Positions 39,199-50,811 of a stretch of 64,000 nt of DNA are shown here, piece after piece. Both the position numbers and the translations under genes were made by a program. The DNA comes from Squalus acanthias. Its lineage: Eukaryota. Positions within the stretch are counted from its first letter, which is position 1. Each line of letters starts with the position of its first letter. Where the stretch lies: the NCBI GenBank assembly GCA_030390025.1, contig CM059440.1, positions 23,312,001 through 23,376,000 on the forward strand. The letters run 5' to 3'. The notes below the pieces were generated by a model that saw only the letters and a list, made by a program, of their open reading frames with translations, was not told where the DNA came from and did no database searches.

Positions 39199-41148
39199 CT
39201 GAGATTATAAGATGTTAGAATCAGCCAAATGGAAAATGGTTTATTTTGCAAGTAAAAAAACACAGGTCGAGTTGTCGATGCTTATCAACGTGCGGAATGT
39301 TACTGCTAAATATGGAATCTCTTATTTAATGCAGATTGTGTCCGCACGGGTTGGATACAAAGTTAAGCTTCCCCCAGGTAGGGTACAGCAAGGATTAAAT
39401 GCAGATTAAAGCTCCTCTGCACTGCGCCCGCTGTCAGCGGGATTCATTTTCCCACCAAATATAATCACGTCCTCAGCCCAAGACCAAATTTAATGGAAAA
39501 TTTTATGCGATGGGCCACTGTGCCTCTGAGAACAGAGTTCAGATGACCCCAAACTTCTGTCAGATGGGGCTCTTCATCCATTAATGTGGGATGCAGTCGC
39601 ATCCAAACACTAGATAGAGTGTTTAACTCATTGTGTCCCACTCTCTATCCTGCGTTAACGTGTTTCTAGTCAAAGCACCTGCTAGTTGTAGTAGCCCCTC
39701 CCCAAAGGAATCTAGTGCAATCTTGGAATCCGATCATCAAACTAGCCCTGTGATTGTTGCTACTCCTCAAAACCTCAGGCGGCTCCAGGCAGTGGCTGTC
39801 CTGCGGCACGTGGGCAGCCTATGTTTGGTGCCATGAGCCCACAGGCAGCGAGTGTCGTCACTGCAGTGTGTGTCCCCGTTTCTGTGGATGTGGCTATGAA
39901 ATGATGAACCTGCTGCTGCACCTGTGATTCCTGATGACTGGAGTGAAGGAGCAATGAAAATGTGGGGATAGAGTGAGTGTGTGAAGTTGAATTGTGAAGA
40001 GATGGGATTGTGGGAGAGTGAATGTGGAGGAAGATACTGCAGTCTGGGCCTTGATCTTAAATTATTAAAAATGGAGCGGATTAAAGTAAATAATGTTTGT
40101 GGTAAGGATCTGTTGAAAATATCGGCTTTAGTCCATGCTGGTATTTTAATTTGCCGCTGTGATTGGCAGGAACCTAGGGAGCAGATCATGTTCTTGGCAG
40201 TGACTGGACGCTGCAGCTTCCAATCAATGCAAGACTGCTGTAACAAGGCTAATCAAGAGCATCTCAAGGGCATTTGGTTACAAGTCAAAGCCGGTTATTA
40301 GATCTGATTCTAATGGTCATAATTTGAACGTTGGATGCCACTTCGTGCACAGCTGCATAAGCAGTTTGGTTCACTGGAGATTCAGGCAACCATCAGCAAG
40401 GATGATTCAACAACTTAAAATGCAAAGTTATGAAGAAAGAGTTCCAAAACTGAATTAAAAAAAAAAAAAAATTGTGATCCTGCTCTTTAAATTCATCACG
40501 GCTTCAATTTAATTTTAAACAGGTATTTTAAAGCTTAAATTGTGATGAGATGACCAGAGGTCTTAGTACACAGCTAGCTCCACTTAAACAGGATCAGAAA
40601 CCCCTGATTTAAATAGGTAACGCTGTCCATTAATAATTTTTAAAAGGAGTTGGAGTATTGCAGTGACCATGAAGGAGTGTGAAGAATAAAACTGCAAAAT
40701 GTATGGAATGGGAGTATAAAAGATCCGTGATCGACATAAAGGCAAACAGCAAGGACTTTTCTAAGTGCGGGAACAGGATAATTAAGGAAGCCGCCATCTT
40801 GTACTTGAGTGAGGCACATTCCACGTAGAAAAAATTCCCAACGTGCTTCACAGGAGTTCAATTCGACAAAAATCAACAATGACCCAAAAGCGTTATTACA
40901 GTGCCCACGCTTAAAACAGGCAGTCGCTTATATCGCCCAAAAAGTGATGGCCACTAACCATTTGCATTAACGTCAATTTCAAGGTCGTGTTTTAAGTGCT
41001 CTGATTCTTTTGGGCAGAAACAGTTGTTCCCAGAATCATCCCTGTGCTATTATGAGTGAAGTGCACTTTAAAAACTGATGCATATTTTAAAAATCTATAT
41101 TTAACAAAAATAACACCATGCACAATAAATCTCAGCTGCTGAAATTTA

Positions 41149-41222
41149 GGGGGGGAAATTCGGTTGGTTAGCGCCTTTGAAGGGTGCTAACGAGAGGCGC
41201 TAACCAACCGAATGTTTCCCCC
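41149..41222. mobile_element. 74-bp Harbinger-like mini-MITE
   Basis: Inverted arms ggggaaattcggttggttagcgcc / ggcgctaaccaaccgaatgtttcccc; TTA on both flanks. Confidence 0.75.
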
Positions 41223-41529
41223 TTAGTGTCCTAGTTAGATTTTCTACTTGCTAATGGCTTGCTTCTGAATGATGGGTCCTGTTCCTTGCACCTCCAGTGT
41301 CCTGATGATCGTGCCCAGGGTGAGGTTGGCCCTGCAGAGCTCGGGGTCCTTGGTTAGATCTAGGATCCACCAGTAAGGAGGTTCATTGAGTGAGCAATGT
41401 AGCGCTACCACATTATACCGGCCACCAAGTATAACGGGCAAATTGCGTTTGCACGAACACGCCTGCTATAAGCGGTGGCGGCTGTATTAGGAGGAGTGTC
41501 TAAAAGCTTGGTCAAAGACGTGGGCCATC

Positions 41530-43085
41530 AATTTTAAATGATCACTAAGAGAATAGGGAGTTTAGAAGAAATTTCTTTATGCAGAGCGTTATCAGCGTAT
41601 TGAATGATTTGCCACAAGAAGCAAGTTAAGGCAGAGACCATTGCATCTTTTAAAATTGGAATAGAGGAAGATGCGGAGTTATGGGGAGACGGTAGGACGC
41701 TGGGTTTAATTTTGGACTGCACTAGTAACGAACCGGCACACAAACGGACTGAATGGAACTCGCTACCACAGGGAGTGGTTGAAGCGAATAGTATAGATGC
41801 ATTTAAGGGGAGGCTAGACAAGCATATGAGGGAGAAGGGAATAGAGGGTTATGCTGATTGATTTAGATGAGGAAAGACGGGAGGAGGCTCGAGTGGAGCA
41901 TAAACACCGGCATAGACTGGTTGGGCCGAATGGCCTGTTTCTGTGCCGTATATCCTATGAATAACTATCTTCTGCGATGTAAACATCTATAGTATTTCTT
42001 AGAACAGTTAGCATAGATTTATCACACTTGACAATTTGAATTTATTGAGTTTATTGATACAAGAAATGCAGTGGATGTTGTATAGATGGATATTCAGAAG
42101 TTATTTGATAAGGTGCCACATAAGAGATTTTTAGCAAAAATCAAGGCATGTAGTAATAAAGGGAATTTAGCTGCATGGATAGAGTTGGCTAGGGGACATG
42201 GGGTAAAATAGATGTTATATGGATTAAGTGGGATGTGGGTAATGGTCTATCCCACCAATCTGGGCTGGTATCTCCTTTTTCCCATTCATATAAATGATTT
42301 GGACATGAGCACGGGGAAAATTTGTAATTATTCCAGGTTAGAGAGCATTGAAATCTAATGAAGAACGCAGGAGGTCTTCGACAGGCTTCAGAATGGGCAG
42401 ATAAGTGGCAGATGCAGTTTGATGTGCTAAATGTTGGGAGAAGGAACAGTGAAAGAAAGTATACTCCAAATGCACAGATCTAATGGGTGCTGATCCATGG
42501 ATCTTTAAAAGTGGGATTGCAGATATAAAATACCATAAAAAAGGCAAATAAGATTCTGGGTTTTATACATTGAGGCACTGAACATAAAACCAAGGCAGTG
42601 ATGCTGAATTTGTATAACACTGTGGATAGGCCATGGTTGAGGATTGCACATAGTTCTGGGTGCCCCATTATAGAAAGGATATTAGTCATGGAAAGTGTAA
42701 CCCAAAGATTCACTAGCGTTATGAGAAATGAGATCATAATTATGGAGAGGCTCAAATGATTTCCACTGTAATTGAGGAGATGTCATGTAGAGATTATTAA
42801 TGGTTTTGAGCGGGTGAACAAAAAGATTGTTTCCACTGATTGGCAAATTGGTAACCAGGGCCACAAACTGAGGATTATCACTAGAAGAATGAAGAGGGAT
42901 ATTGGATGGGGTTATTAGAATATAGAATGCTTTCAGATGTGCCTATGGAGACAGAGACTAATATTTAAAAGAGAATTTGTAAAAGTATGGGAAGGGCAGG
43001 GAAATGGGATAACCCAGTTAAAGAGCCAGCATTGGCACAGGCATGATGGGCTGAATGGCCTCGTGCTGTAATTTGTGATTCTATA
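41530..43085 (+). mobile_element. Cluster of CR1 fragments (young tail 41750-41960; old RT fragment 42020-43085)
   Basis: WNSLPQGVVEANSIDAFKGRLD; degraded DVVYMDIQKLFDKVPHKR-like sequence. Confidence 0.8.
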
Positions 43086-44384
43086 TTATCTGACTTGATG
43101 ATGCTTGGCAGAATCCAGTGGTATTGCTCCCTTAGCACCAAAACAGCCACTGACTCTATAGGGCCACAGCTCGTGCTCTGAATACACGATTATGAAAACA
43201 GCACGGTTTAAACATCTAATGCAATATTATAAAGTGTTTCTGAGTGACACCGGTGAATAAAGACTGGAATAAGCAGTGTTGGGGCACATTGTATGGATTC
43301 TGATGGCTAAGTGTCATTGATTAGCTGAATATGTTAAACAAATAGCCTCAGTAATCCACAAGAAAGCAGAACATCTTTTTTACAATAGTTTGTCTTTCAC
43401 AGCCTCTGTTTAAAGGACACGAGCAGTAGTTGCGGTCGTTCTTTCTCACTCGAGGCATAATTGTTTCCCTGTTGCATTCTATGCTTTAAATGGATTTGGG
43501 CCCATTGCAGTTTAATTACTCCACTGGGATTAAAATAAAACTACCAAGGTTGCAAAACGTTTGCAGTCGGGATTATTCCCAGCGCTGTAATAATTATAAC
43601 TTCCATTTCTATTTATAACTCAAACTTCACGTATCTGAGCCACACAGACCAGATGGTCTCAGCGAGGGTTCCTCGGTGTCCTTGAGTTGAGGATGAGAAA
43701 ATCAGTGCCTGCTCCTCGTCGCTATCCAGTGACTCGGCCGGGAAGCTGCACGAGTGTGCTTGGCAGGTGATGACAGGATCAGGCTCAGTGACTACCTGCT
43801 GACACTCGCTGTCTGGGCTCGCACATCAAGAATGGCCACTTGGGTGAAGTACCAGAGAGTGAAATCTTCCCCACCAGACACTTGGTATCTTCAGAGAAGC
43901 GGGAGAGGGAAGAAAAAAAAGTGACGTATTAGAATAGCTACACATTGGGGAACCTTCAATGGGTTGGCCCATTTATAGAGTTGATTTATACCCTTATACA
44001 GTGTGACTCACTTCTGCCCAACAGCACTGTGTACAGGAGCTGGTTGCTGATGCAAGTCTTGTGTTTACTGTTTATTTTGGAGCCTAAACTAACTGTAAAT
44101 CAAAAGCCCCTTTGGCACTCATTACATTTCCCTCATTAAGCAAAAGGAATCTTTTACAATGAAAGGTCAGTGATAACAACTCCAGGTACGGTGCCTCAAG
44201 CACTCTTTGCAGTTACAGGTTCCTCACATTGAAGGGCTGTATCTATTGATAAGATCCTCTGCTACAAAGTGATAACCAGTGATAAAATGTGTATCTCCTT
44301 GTGGGTTTTATTTGGTTTGACTGAGGGCAATGGAAACACAGGCCTGGGGTAAATCCAGCAATCTGCCTTTGGATTGCATCACAA

Positions 44385-44710
44385 GATACTTGCATGAGAT
44401 ATCTGCACTCCTCTAATTCTGCCCTCTTGAGCATCCCTGATTATAATCGTTCAACCATTGGTGGCCGTGCCTTCTGTTGCCTAGGCCCTAAGCTCTGGAA
44501 TTCCCTGCCTAAACCTCTCCGCCTCTCTTTCCTCCTTTAAGACGTTCCTTAAAACCTAACTCTTTGACCAAGCTTTTGGTCACCTGCCCTAATTTATCCT
44601 TATGTGGAGCGGTGTCAAATTTTTTGTCTTAAAATACTCCTGTGCAGCACCGTGGGACGTTTTACTACGTTAAAGGTGCTATATAAATACAAGTTGTTGT
44701 TGTTGTTGTT
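44385..44710 (+). mobile_element. L2-like LINE 3' end with (GTT)n tail
   Basis: ggtggccgtgccttc...ctggaattccct...ctctttgaccaagcttttgg...gctatataaatacaagttgttg; related fragment on - strand at about 50975-51200. Confidence 0.75.
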
Positions 44711-44711
44711 A

Positions 44712-45790
44712 TACATTACATAGAAATTACTGCACAGAAACAGGCCATTCAGCCCAACTGGTCTATGCTGGTATTTATGCTTCATCAGTAAGGCTGTTTC
44801 ATCTATCCAGAAAGGCCTCAAAGTCCCCTGTAGGCCCTTGTGCTACTCTTGTAATTTAATTCAAAGTCATTTTCCAAATTTACCTTTTCCGTACCGTTTA
44901 CTATTTTATAAGGTCACCTCTCCCGCGCCTTCTGTCAGGGTTGAAAATCCCAAGCTTCTTCAATCTTTCGTCATAACTCCGTTGCCCTGACTCTAGGGAT
45001 AAGCCTGTGGTCCTTCTCTGCATTCCCTCCAATGCTTGAAGGTCTCCCTTGTGTCTCGCTGAACAGAACGGGACACTGCAGTTTCCTGTAAGGCACTTAT
45101 GCAGCTTATGATCTAAAACATCAACATGCTGTGAACAGGAGTTGCAGCCACAAGATTAATAATTTCTATTTCTACCGCAATATTCACACTAGATGTCACA
45201 CAAATTACCAATCGTAGTTCTGATTCTCTCTCGAACCAAAATAAGAAAATGTTCAAAGTCTTGAAGTGCTTTTCAGAATCTTTAACCGATACAAAGCAGG
45301 ACAGAACTCTTCCCCTGACACACGACACACAGACCAGTGAACTCCCACAAAGAACAGTGAACCCCGGAGACTGCTCAAGGTCCAGTCTGACCTGAGTACC
45401 ACAGTTTGATCACAACCTCTTCTGTCTTGTGCGGTGCTTTTTGGTTCTATAATTCAACATTCTATTGGCTTTGTTGATTGCTCCTCTTAATTGGTTGGAC
45501 ATGTTGAATATCAAGTCCACTAAGACTTTTAGGTTTCTTTCTACTTCATCCTTAGCTATTTCAATGCCCCATTCATGATGCACGTGACATCCATTTTCCT
45601 TCTATGTGCAGTATTTTACACTTGTCTTCATTAAGTTTCATCTGCTATTGTTCTGCCCACTTACATATTTTGTCCAACTAATTTTGTCATTTCTGAGGCT
45701 GTCTCCTTCAATTCCATTGCCTCTCTTGGTTTGGTTTCATCTGCAAATTTGACCAATTTGCCTTGAGTTTTTGAATCCAAGCCATTGACG
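44712..45790 (-). mobile_element. Old CR1 fragment interrupted by a ~290-bp duplicated segment
   Basis: CR1 tail at 44712-44790; RT remnants (catctgcaaattt) at about 45740; non-LINE insert 45078-45366. Confidence 0.65.
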
Positions 45791-47404
45791 GCTAGGTTTC
45801 TTCAGGAAGGGGGTGATGACCGCTGTACCGAAGGGACGGGGTGGGGGAAGTGGTGCATGAGGAAAAGGAGCAATTCACAATGTCAGCAAGTATAGCAAGT
45901 GGTCAGAAGATGGACAGGAAGACAGCTGATGAAGATGGAGTCAGAATCAAACCATATTACAGCACAACTTCCACAAAGAAAGTGAGGTGGAGAGCACCAG
46001 GAAAGAGAACTCGAGAAAAGGTATTTTAAATGTTGGATGTGTACCAATATGTAGAGTATGTGGGAAGATCTCACAACAGTCATTAGGCCCACTGGACCAG
46101 ATCATCTGCAGACATTTTCCATCAATAAAGTGGAAACATTATTAATAATCATTGATACAGTGCCCTGACTCCACAAAGAAAGAATTTGCACCATAATACA
46201 TCACAAAGCGCTTACTCACCATCGCCCATGCCCCCAGCACCCGTCAGCATTGAAAACATCTGCAAATGTGAGAATCAAAAGAGCAAATATGTTCTCAGCC
46301 TGCAACTCTGCGGTAAAAACCTGAACAGCTCGGTGAACCCCGACAAATCAATAAAATCCCCCAAACAGGGGCCCCTCCACAATGCCATAAACCCCCATTG
46401 GGATCAGTGAACCTTGAACAAATCAGCAAACTGCCAACCTCATCACTGCCATGAACAGGAGTTAAAATGCCATCGGATTACCTTTTTTATTGAGGTATTT
46501 CACAGCAGCAAGCACACAGGTTACCCACCATGCATTCCTGTTCTCTGAAAACAAAATACCAAAGTGTTCAGTCTTTAGAACATTGCCAATCTGTTTAGAG
46601 TGACAGTTCTCCGGGGAACGTGTACAGGTCTGAGCTGGAGATGGAGCCTCACGCCCCTACACCTTGTCCCATACAGATCGGTTCATCCCCAGGTATATCA
46701 GTAAACACCTCCACAGATTGATCGGCCCATAGAGGTGTGGAAAAATTCATATGAAAAGATATAATAGAAATGTTATGATATGAAACAACGGAGCCCCTCT
46801 CCTGTCACACCTCACACAGATCAGCAAACCCCATCAAATCAACAATTCCACTTAAAATTTGGGCTTCCCCCCCCCCCCTCCCTGTTCACCTCAAATTGCA
46901 GTTGCTGTAAGGGATTTCTGCCCCTTATGACATAAAACATTAACATGCTGTGAACAGGCGTAGTAGCCACAAGATTAATAATTACTATTTCTACCGAGAT
47001 GTTCACACTAGATGTCACACAAATTACCAATCGTAGATCTGATTCTCTCAAACCAAAATAAGTAAATGTTCAAAGTCTTGAAGTGCTTTTCAGAATCTTT
47101 AACTGATATAAAGCAGGTTAGAACTCTTTCCCTGATGCACGGCCCACAGACCAGTGCACTCCCACAAAGAACAGTGAACCTGGGAAGTGGTCACAATATA
47201 CATGAAGGGTGTCATAAACAAAAGGAGGAATCGCACTACCCACAATGTGATGGCCACGTTATATATAACATGGGAAAATTACATATACAAAGCAGAAGGT
47301 TCGTGTTATATACAGAAAGGGAGGGACCACATTGTACACAAAGGGGGTCACATAATACACAAGGGGAGGGTGTCACATTGCTCAGAAAGGAGGAGAGCTC
47401 TTTT

Positions 47405-48110
47405 GACCAATTGATCTCGATCTACTTGACCAACCTTACTGAATTCTTTGACGAGGTAACAGCCACAGGAGACAAGGGTAATGTAGTAGCTGTTATATAT
47501 TTGGATTTTCAAAAGGCCTTCAATAAGGTAGACTCATGACTACGGTCAGAGCATGTGGAGTCAGGGGACAAGTAGCAGAATGGATAGCAAGCTGGCTACA
47601 AAACAAAAGAAAGAGTAGGGGTTAAGGGCAGCTACTCGGACTGGCAAAAGGTGGGAAGTGGTGTTCCACAGGGATCGGTGCTGGGACCACTGTTTTTAAC
47701 AATTTACATCAACAATTTGGACTCGGGAATCAGAAGTACAATTTAAAAATTTGAAGAGGACACTAAATTGTGTGGTATAGTTAATACTGAGGAAGAATAC
47801 AAGAGGACATTAATAAACTTGCAGAATGGGCATGTAATTGGCTAATTAATTTCAATATAGATAAGTGTGAGGTGGTGCATTTTGGTAGGAAGAATAAGGA
47901 GGCCACAGACTGCTTGGAATAAATGGGGCAGAGGAGCACAGGGATCTCAGGGTACAGATACGCAAATCACTAAAAGTAGCAACGCAGGTTAGTAAGGCCA
48001 AAAAAGGAAACCAACACTGGGGTTTATTTCTGGAGGGATAGATTTAATAGGGTAGACGTAGAGAAAATGATTCCACTTGTGGGGGAGACCAAAGCTAGAG
48101 GTCATAAATG
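47405..48110 (+). mobile_element. CR1 RT fragment
   Basis: LTNLTEFFDEVT...IYLDFQKAFNKV; ggtgttccacagggatcggtgctgggaccac. Confidence 0.88.
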
Positions 48111-48112
48111 AA

Positions 48113-50625
48113 GGAGTAGGGGTCACAGTGTACACTGGGGAGTAGGGGTCACAGTGTACACAGGGGAGGAGGGTTCACTGTACACTGGGGAGTAGGGGTC
48201 ACAGTGTACACTGGGGAGGAGGGGTCACAGTGTACACTGGGGAGGAGGGGTCACAGTGTACACTGGGGAGGAGGGGTCACAGTGTACACTGGGGAGGAGG
48301 GTTCACTGTACACTGGGGAGTAGGGGTCACAGTGTACACTGGGGAGTAGGGGTCACAGTGTACACAGGGGAGTAGGGGTCACAGTGTACACAGGGGAGGA
48401 GGGGTCACAGTGTACACTGGAGAGTAGGGGTCAGTCACAGTGTACACTGGGGAGTAGGGGTCACAGTGTACACTGGGGAGTAGGGGTCACAGTGTACACT
48501 GGGGAGTAGGGGTCACAGTGTACACTGGGGAGTAGGGTTCACTGTACACTGGGGAGTAGGGGTCACAGTGTACACTGGGGAGTAGGGGTCACAGTGTACA
48601 CTGGGGAGTAGGGGTCACAGTGTACACTGGGGAGTAGGGGTCACAGTGTACACTGGGGAGTAGGGGTCACAGTGTACACAGGGGAGGAGGGGTCACAGTG
48701 TACACTGGGGAGGAGGGGTCACAGTGTACACTGGGGAGGAGGGGTCACAGTGTACACTGGGGAGGAGGGGTCACTGTGTACACTGGGGAGTAGGGGTCAC
48801 TGTGTACACTGGGGAGTAGGGGTCACTGTGTACGCTGGGGAATAGGGGTCACAGTGTACACTGGAGAGTAGGGGTCACTGTGTACACAGGGGAGTAATAG
48901 AAAAATAGGAGCAGAGTAGGCCATTCGGCCCTTCGAGCCTACTCCGCCATTCAATATGATCATGGCTGATCCTCTATCTCAATACCATATTCCCGCTCTC
49001 TCCCCATACCCCTTGATGCCTTTTGGGTCTAGAAATCTATCTATCTCCTTCTTAAATATATTCAGTGACTTGGCCTCCACAGCCTTCTGTGGTAGAGAAT
49101 TCCACAGGTTCACCACCCTCTGACTGAAGAAATTTCTCCTCATCTCAGTCCTAAATGTCCGACCCCGTATCCTGAGACTGTGACCCCTCGTTCTAGACTC
49201 CCCAGCCAGGGGAAACATCCTCCCTGCATCCAGTCTGTCTAGCCCTGTCAGAATTTTATACGTTTCAATGAGATCCCCTCTCATTCTTCTAAACTCTAGT
49301 GAATACAGGCCTAGTCGACCCAATCTCTCCTCATACGACAGTCCTGCCATCCCAGGAATCAGTCTGGTGAACCTTCGCTGCACTCCCTCTATGGAAAGTG
49401 TATCCTTTCTTAGGTAAGGAGACCAAAACTGCACACAGTACTCCAGGTGTGGTCTCACCAAGGCCCTGTATAACTGTAGTAAGACATCCATGCTCCTGTA
49501 CTCAAATCCTCTTGCAATGAAGGTCAACATACCATTTGCCTTCCTAACTGCTTGCTGCACCTGCATGTTTGCTTTCAGTGACTGGTGTACAAGGACACTC
49601 AGGTCCCTTTGTACATCAACATTTCCCAATCTATCATCATTTAAATAAAACTCTACCTTTCTGTTTTTCCTACTGAAGTGGATAACTTCACATTAATCCA
49701 CGTTATACTGCATCTGCCATGTATTTGCCCACTCACTCAACTTGTCTAAATCGCCTTGAAGCCTCTTTACATCCTCCTCACAACTCACAATCCCATCTAG
49801 CTTCGTGTCGTCAGCAAACTTGGAAATATTACATTTGGTTCCCTCATCCAAATCATTGATATATGTTGTGAATAGCTGAGGCCCAAGCACTGATCCCTGC
49901 GGTACCCCACTAGTCACCACCTGCCACCCCGAAAAAGACACATTTATTCCTACTCTCTGTTTCCTGTCTGTTAACCAATTTTCAATCCATGCCAGTATAT
50001 TACCCCCAATCCCATGTGCTTTAATTTTGTACACTAACCTCTTATGTGGGACTTTATCAAAGGCCTTCTGAAAATCCAAATACACCACATCCACTGATTC
50101 TCCCTGATCTATTCTACCAGTTACAACCTCAAAAAAGTAGGGGTCACAGTGTACACTGGGGAGTCGGGGTCACAGTGTACACTGGGGAGTCGGGGTCACA
50201 GTGTACACTGGGGAGTCGGGGTCACAGTGTACACCGGGGAGTAGGGGTCACAGTGTACACTGGGGAGTAGGGGTCACAGTGTACACTGGGGAGTCGGGGT
50301 CACAGTGTACACCAGGGAGTAGGGGTCACAGTGTACACCGGGGAGTAGGGGTCACAGTGTACGCCGGGGAGTAGGGGTCACAGTGTAAACTGGGGAGTAG
50401 GGGTCACAGTGTACACTGGGGAGTAGGGGTCACAGTGTACACTGGGGAGTAGGGGTCACAGTGTACACTGGGGAGTAGGGGTCACAGTGTACACTGGGGA
50501 GTAGGGGTCACAGTGTACACAGGGGAGTAGGGGTCACAGTGTACACAGGGGAGTAGGGGTCACAGTGTACACTGGGGAGTAGGGGTCACAGTGTACACTG
50601 GGGAGTAGGAGTCACAGTGTACACA
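48113..50625. repeat. 26-bp minisatellite in two blocks (48113-48896, about 30 copies; 50137-50625, about 19 copies)
   Basis: Unit ggggagtaggggtcacagtgtacact. Confidence 0.96.
48897..50136 (-). mobile_element. Young 1.24-kb CR1 LINE inserted in the minisatellite
   Basis: ORFs 49693-50094 (LDFQKAFDKVPH, QGSVLGP, FADDTKL) and 48979-49629 are RT and C-terminal pieces. Confidence 0.95.
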
Positions 50626-50644
50626 GACAGGATGGGGTCGCGTT

Positions 50645-50811
50645 CAATGTTCGCTGTAAGCTGTGCTTTGTTCTTTGCGGCCTGTTTCATTTAGTGCGCG
50701 GTCCCTTTACATTTCCGTGCCTGCGTGGTTTTTACAATGGAGAAGCCGGAGAGCAGCCTGCGCGGGCATTTTCCCATTACTGCGCGGCCACGCAGCTTAG
50801 AGGGAATATTG
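50645..50811. mobile_element. hAT-like MITE
   Basis: TIRs caatgttcgctgtaagctgt / gcagcttagagggaatattg (16/20); flanks gtcgcgtt / gtcatgta resemble a decayed 8-bp TSD. Confidence 0.65.

Noticed and set aside
41360-41490. Upstream in-frame extension of candidate exon E6
   Set aside because: The internal inverted motifs (ttataccggccacc / taagcggtggcgg) look like a DNA-transposon remnant.
43095-43177. 83-nt minus-strand exon candidate (gtattcag|...|gtcaga)
   Set aside because: Weaker donor, and inclusion breaks the frame with E6. Left out of the model but still possible as an alternative or lncRNA exon.
45841-46029. Purine-rich 62-aa ORF on +
   Set aside because: No clear acceptor, partner exons or recognisable homology.
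46890-46904. 15-nt minus-strand microexon candidate (cttacag|...|gtgaac)
   Set aside because: It introduces a TGA in the model's phase and has no other support.
48979-50094. RT-like ORFs as a functional gene
   Set aside because: 5'-truncated CR1 with a break between the two ORFs.
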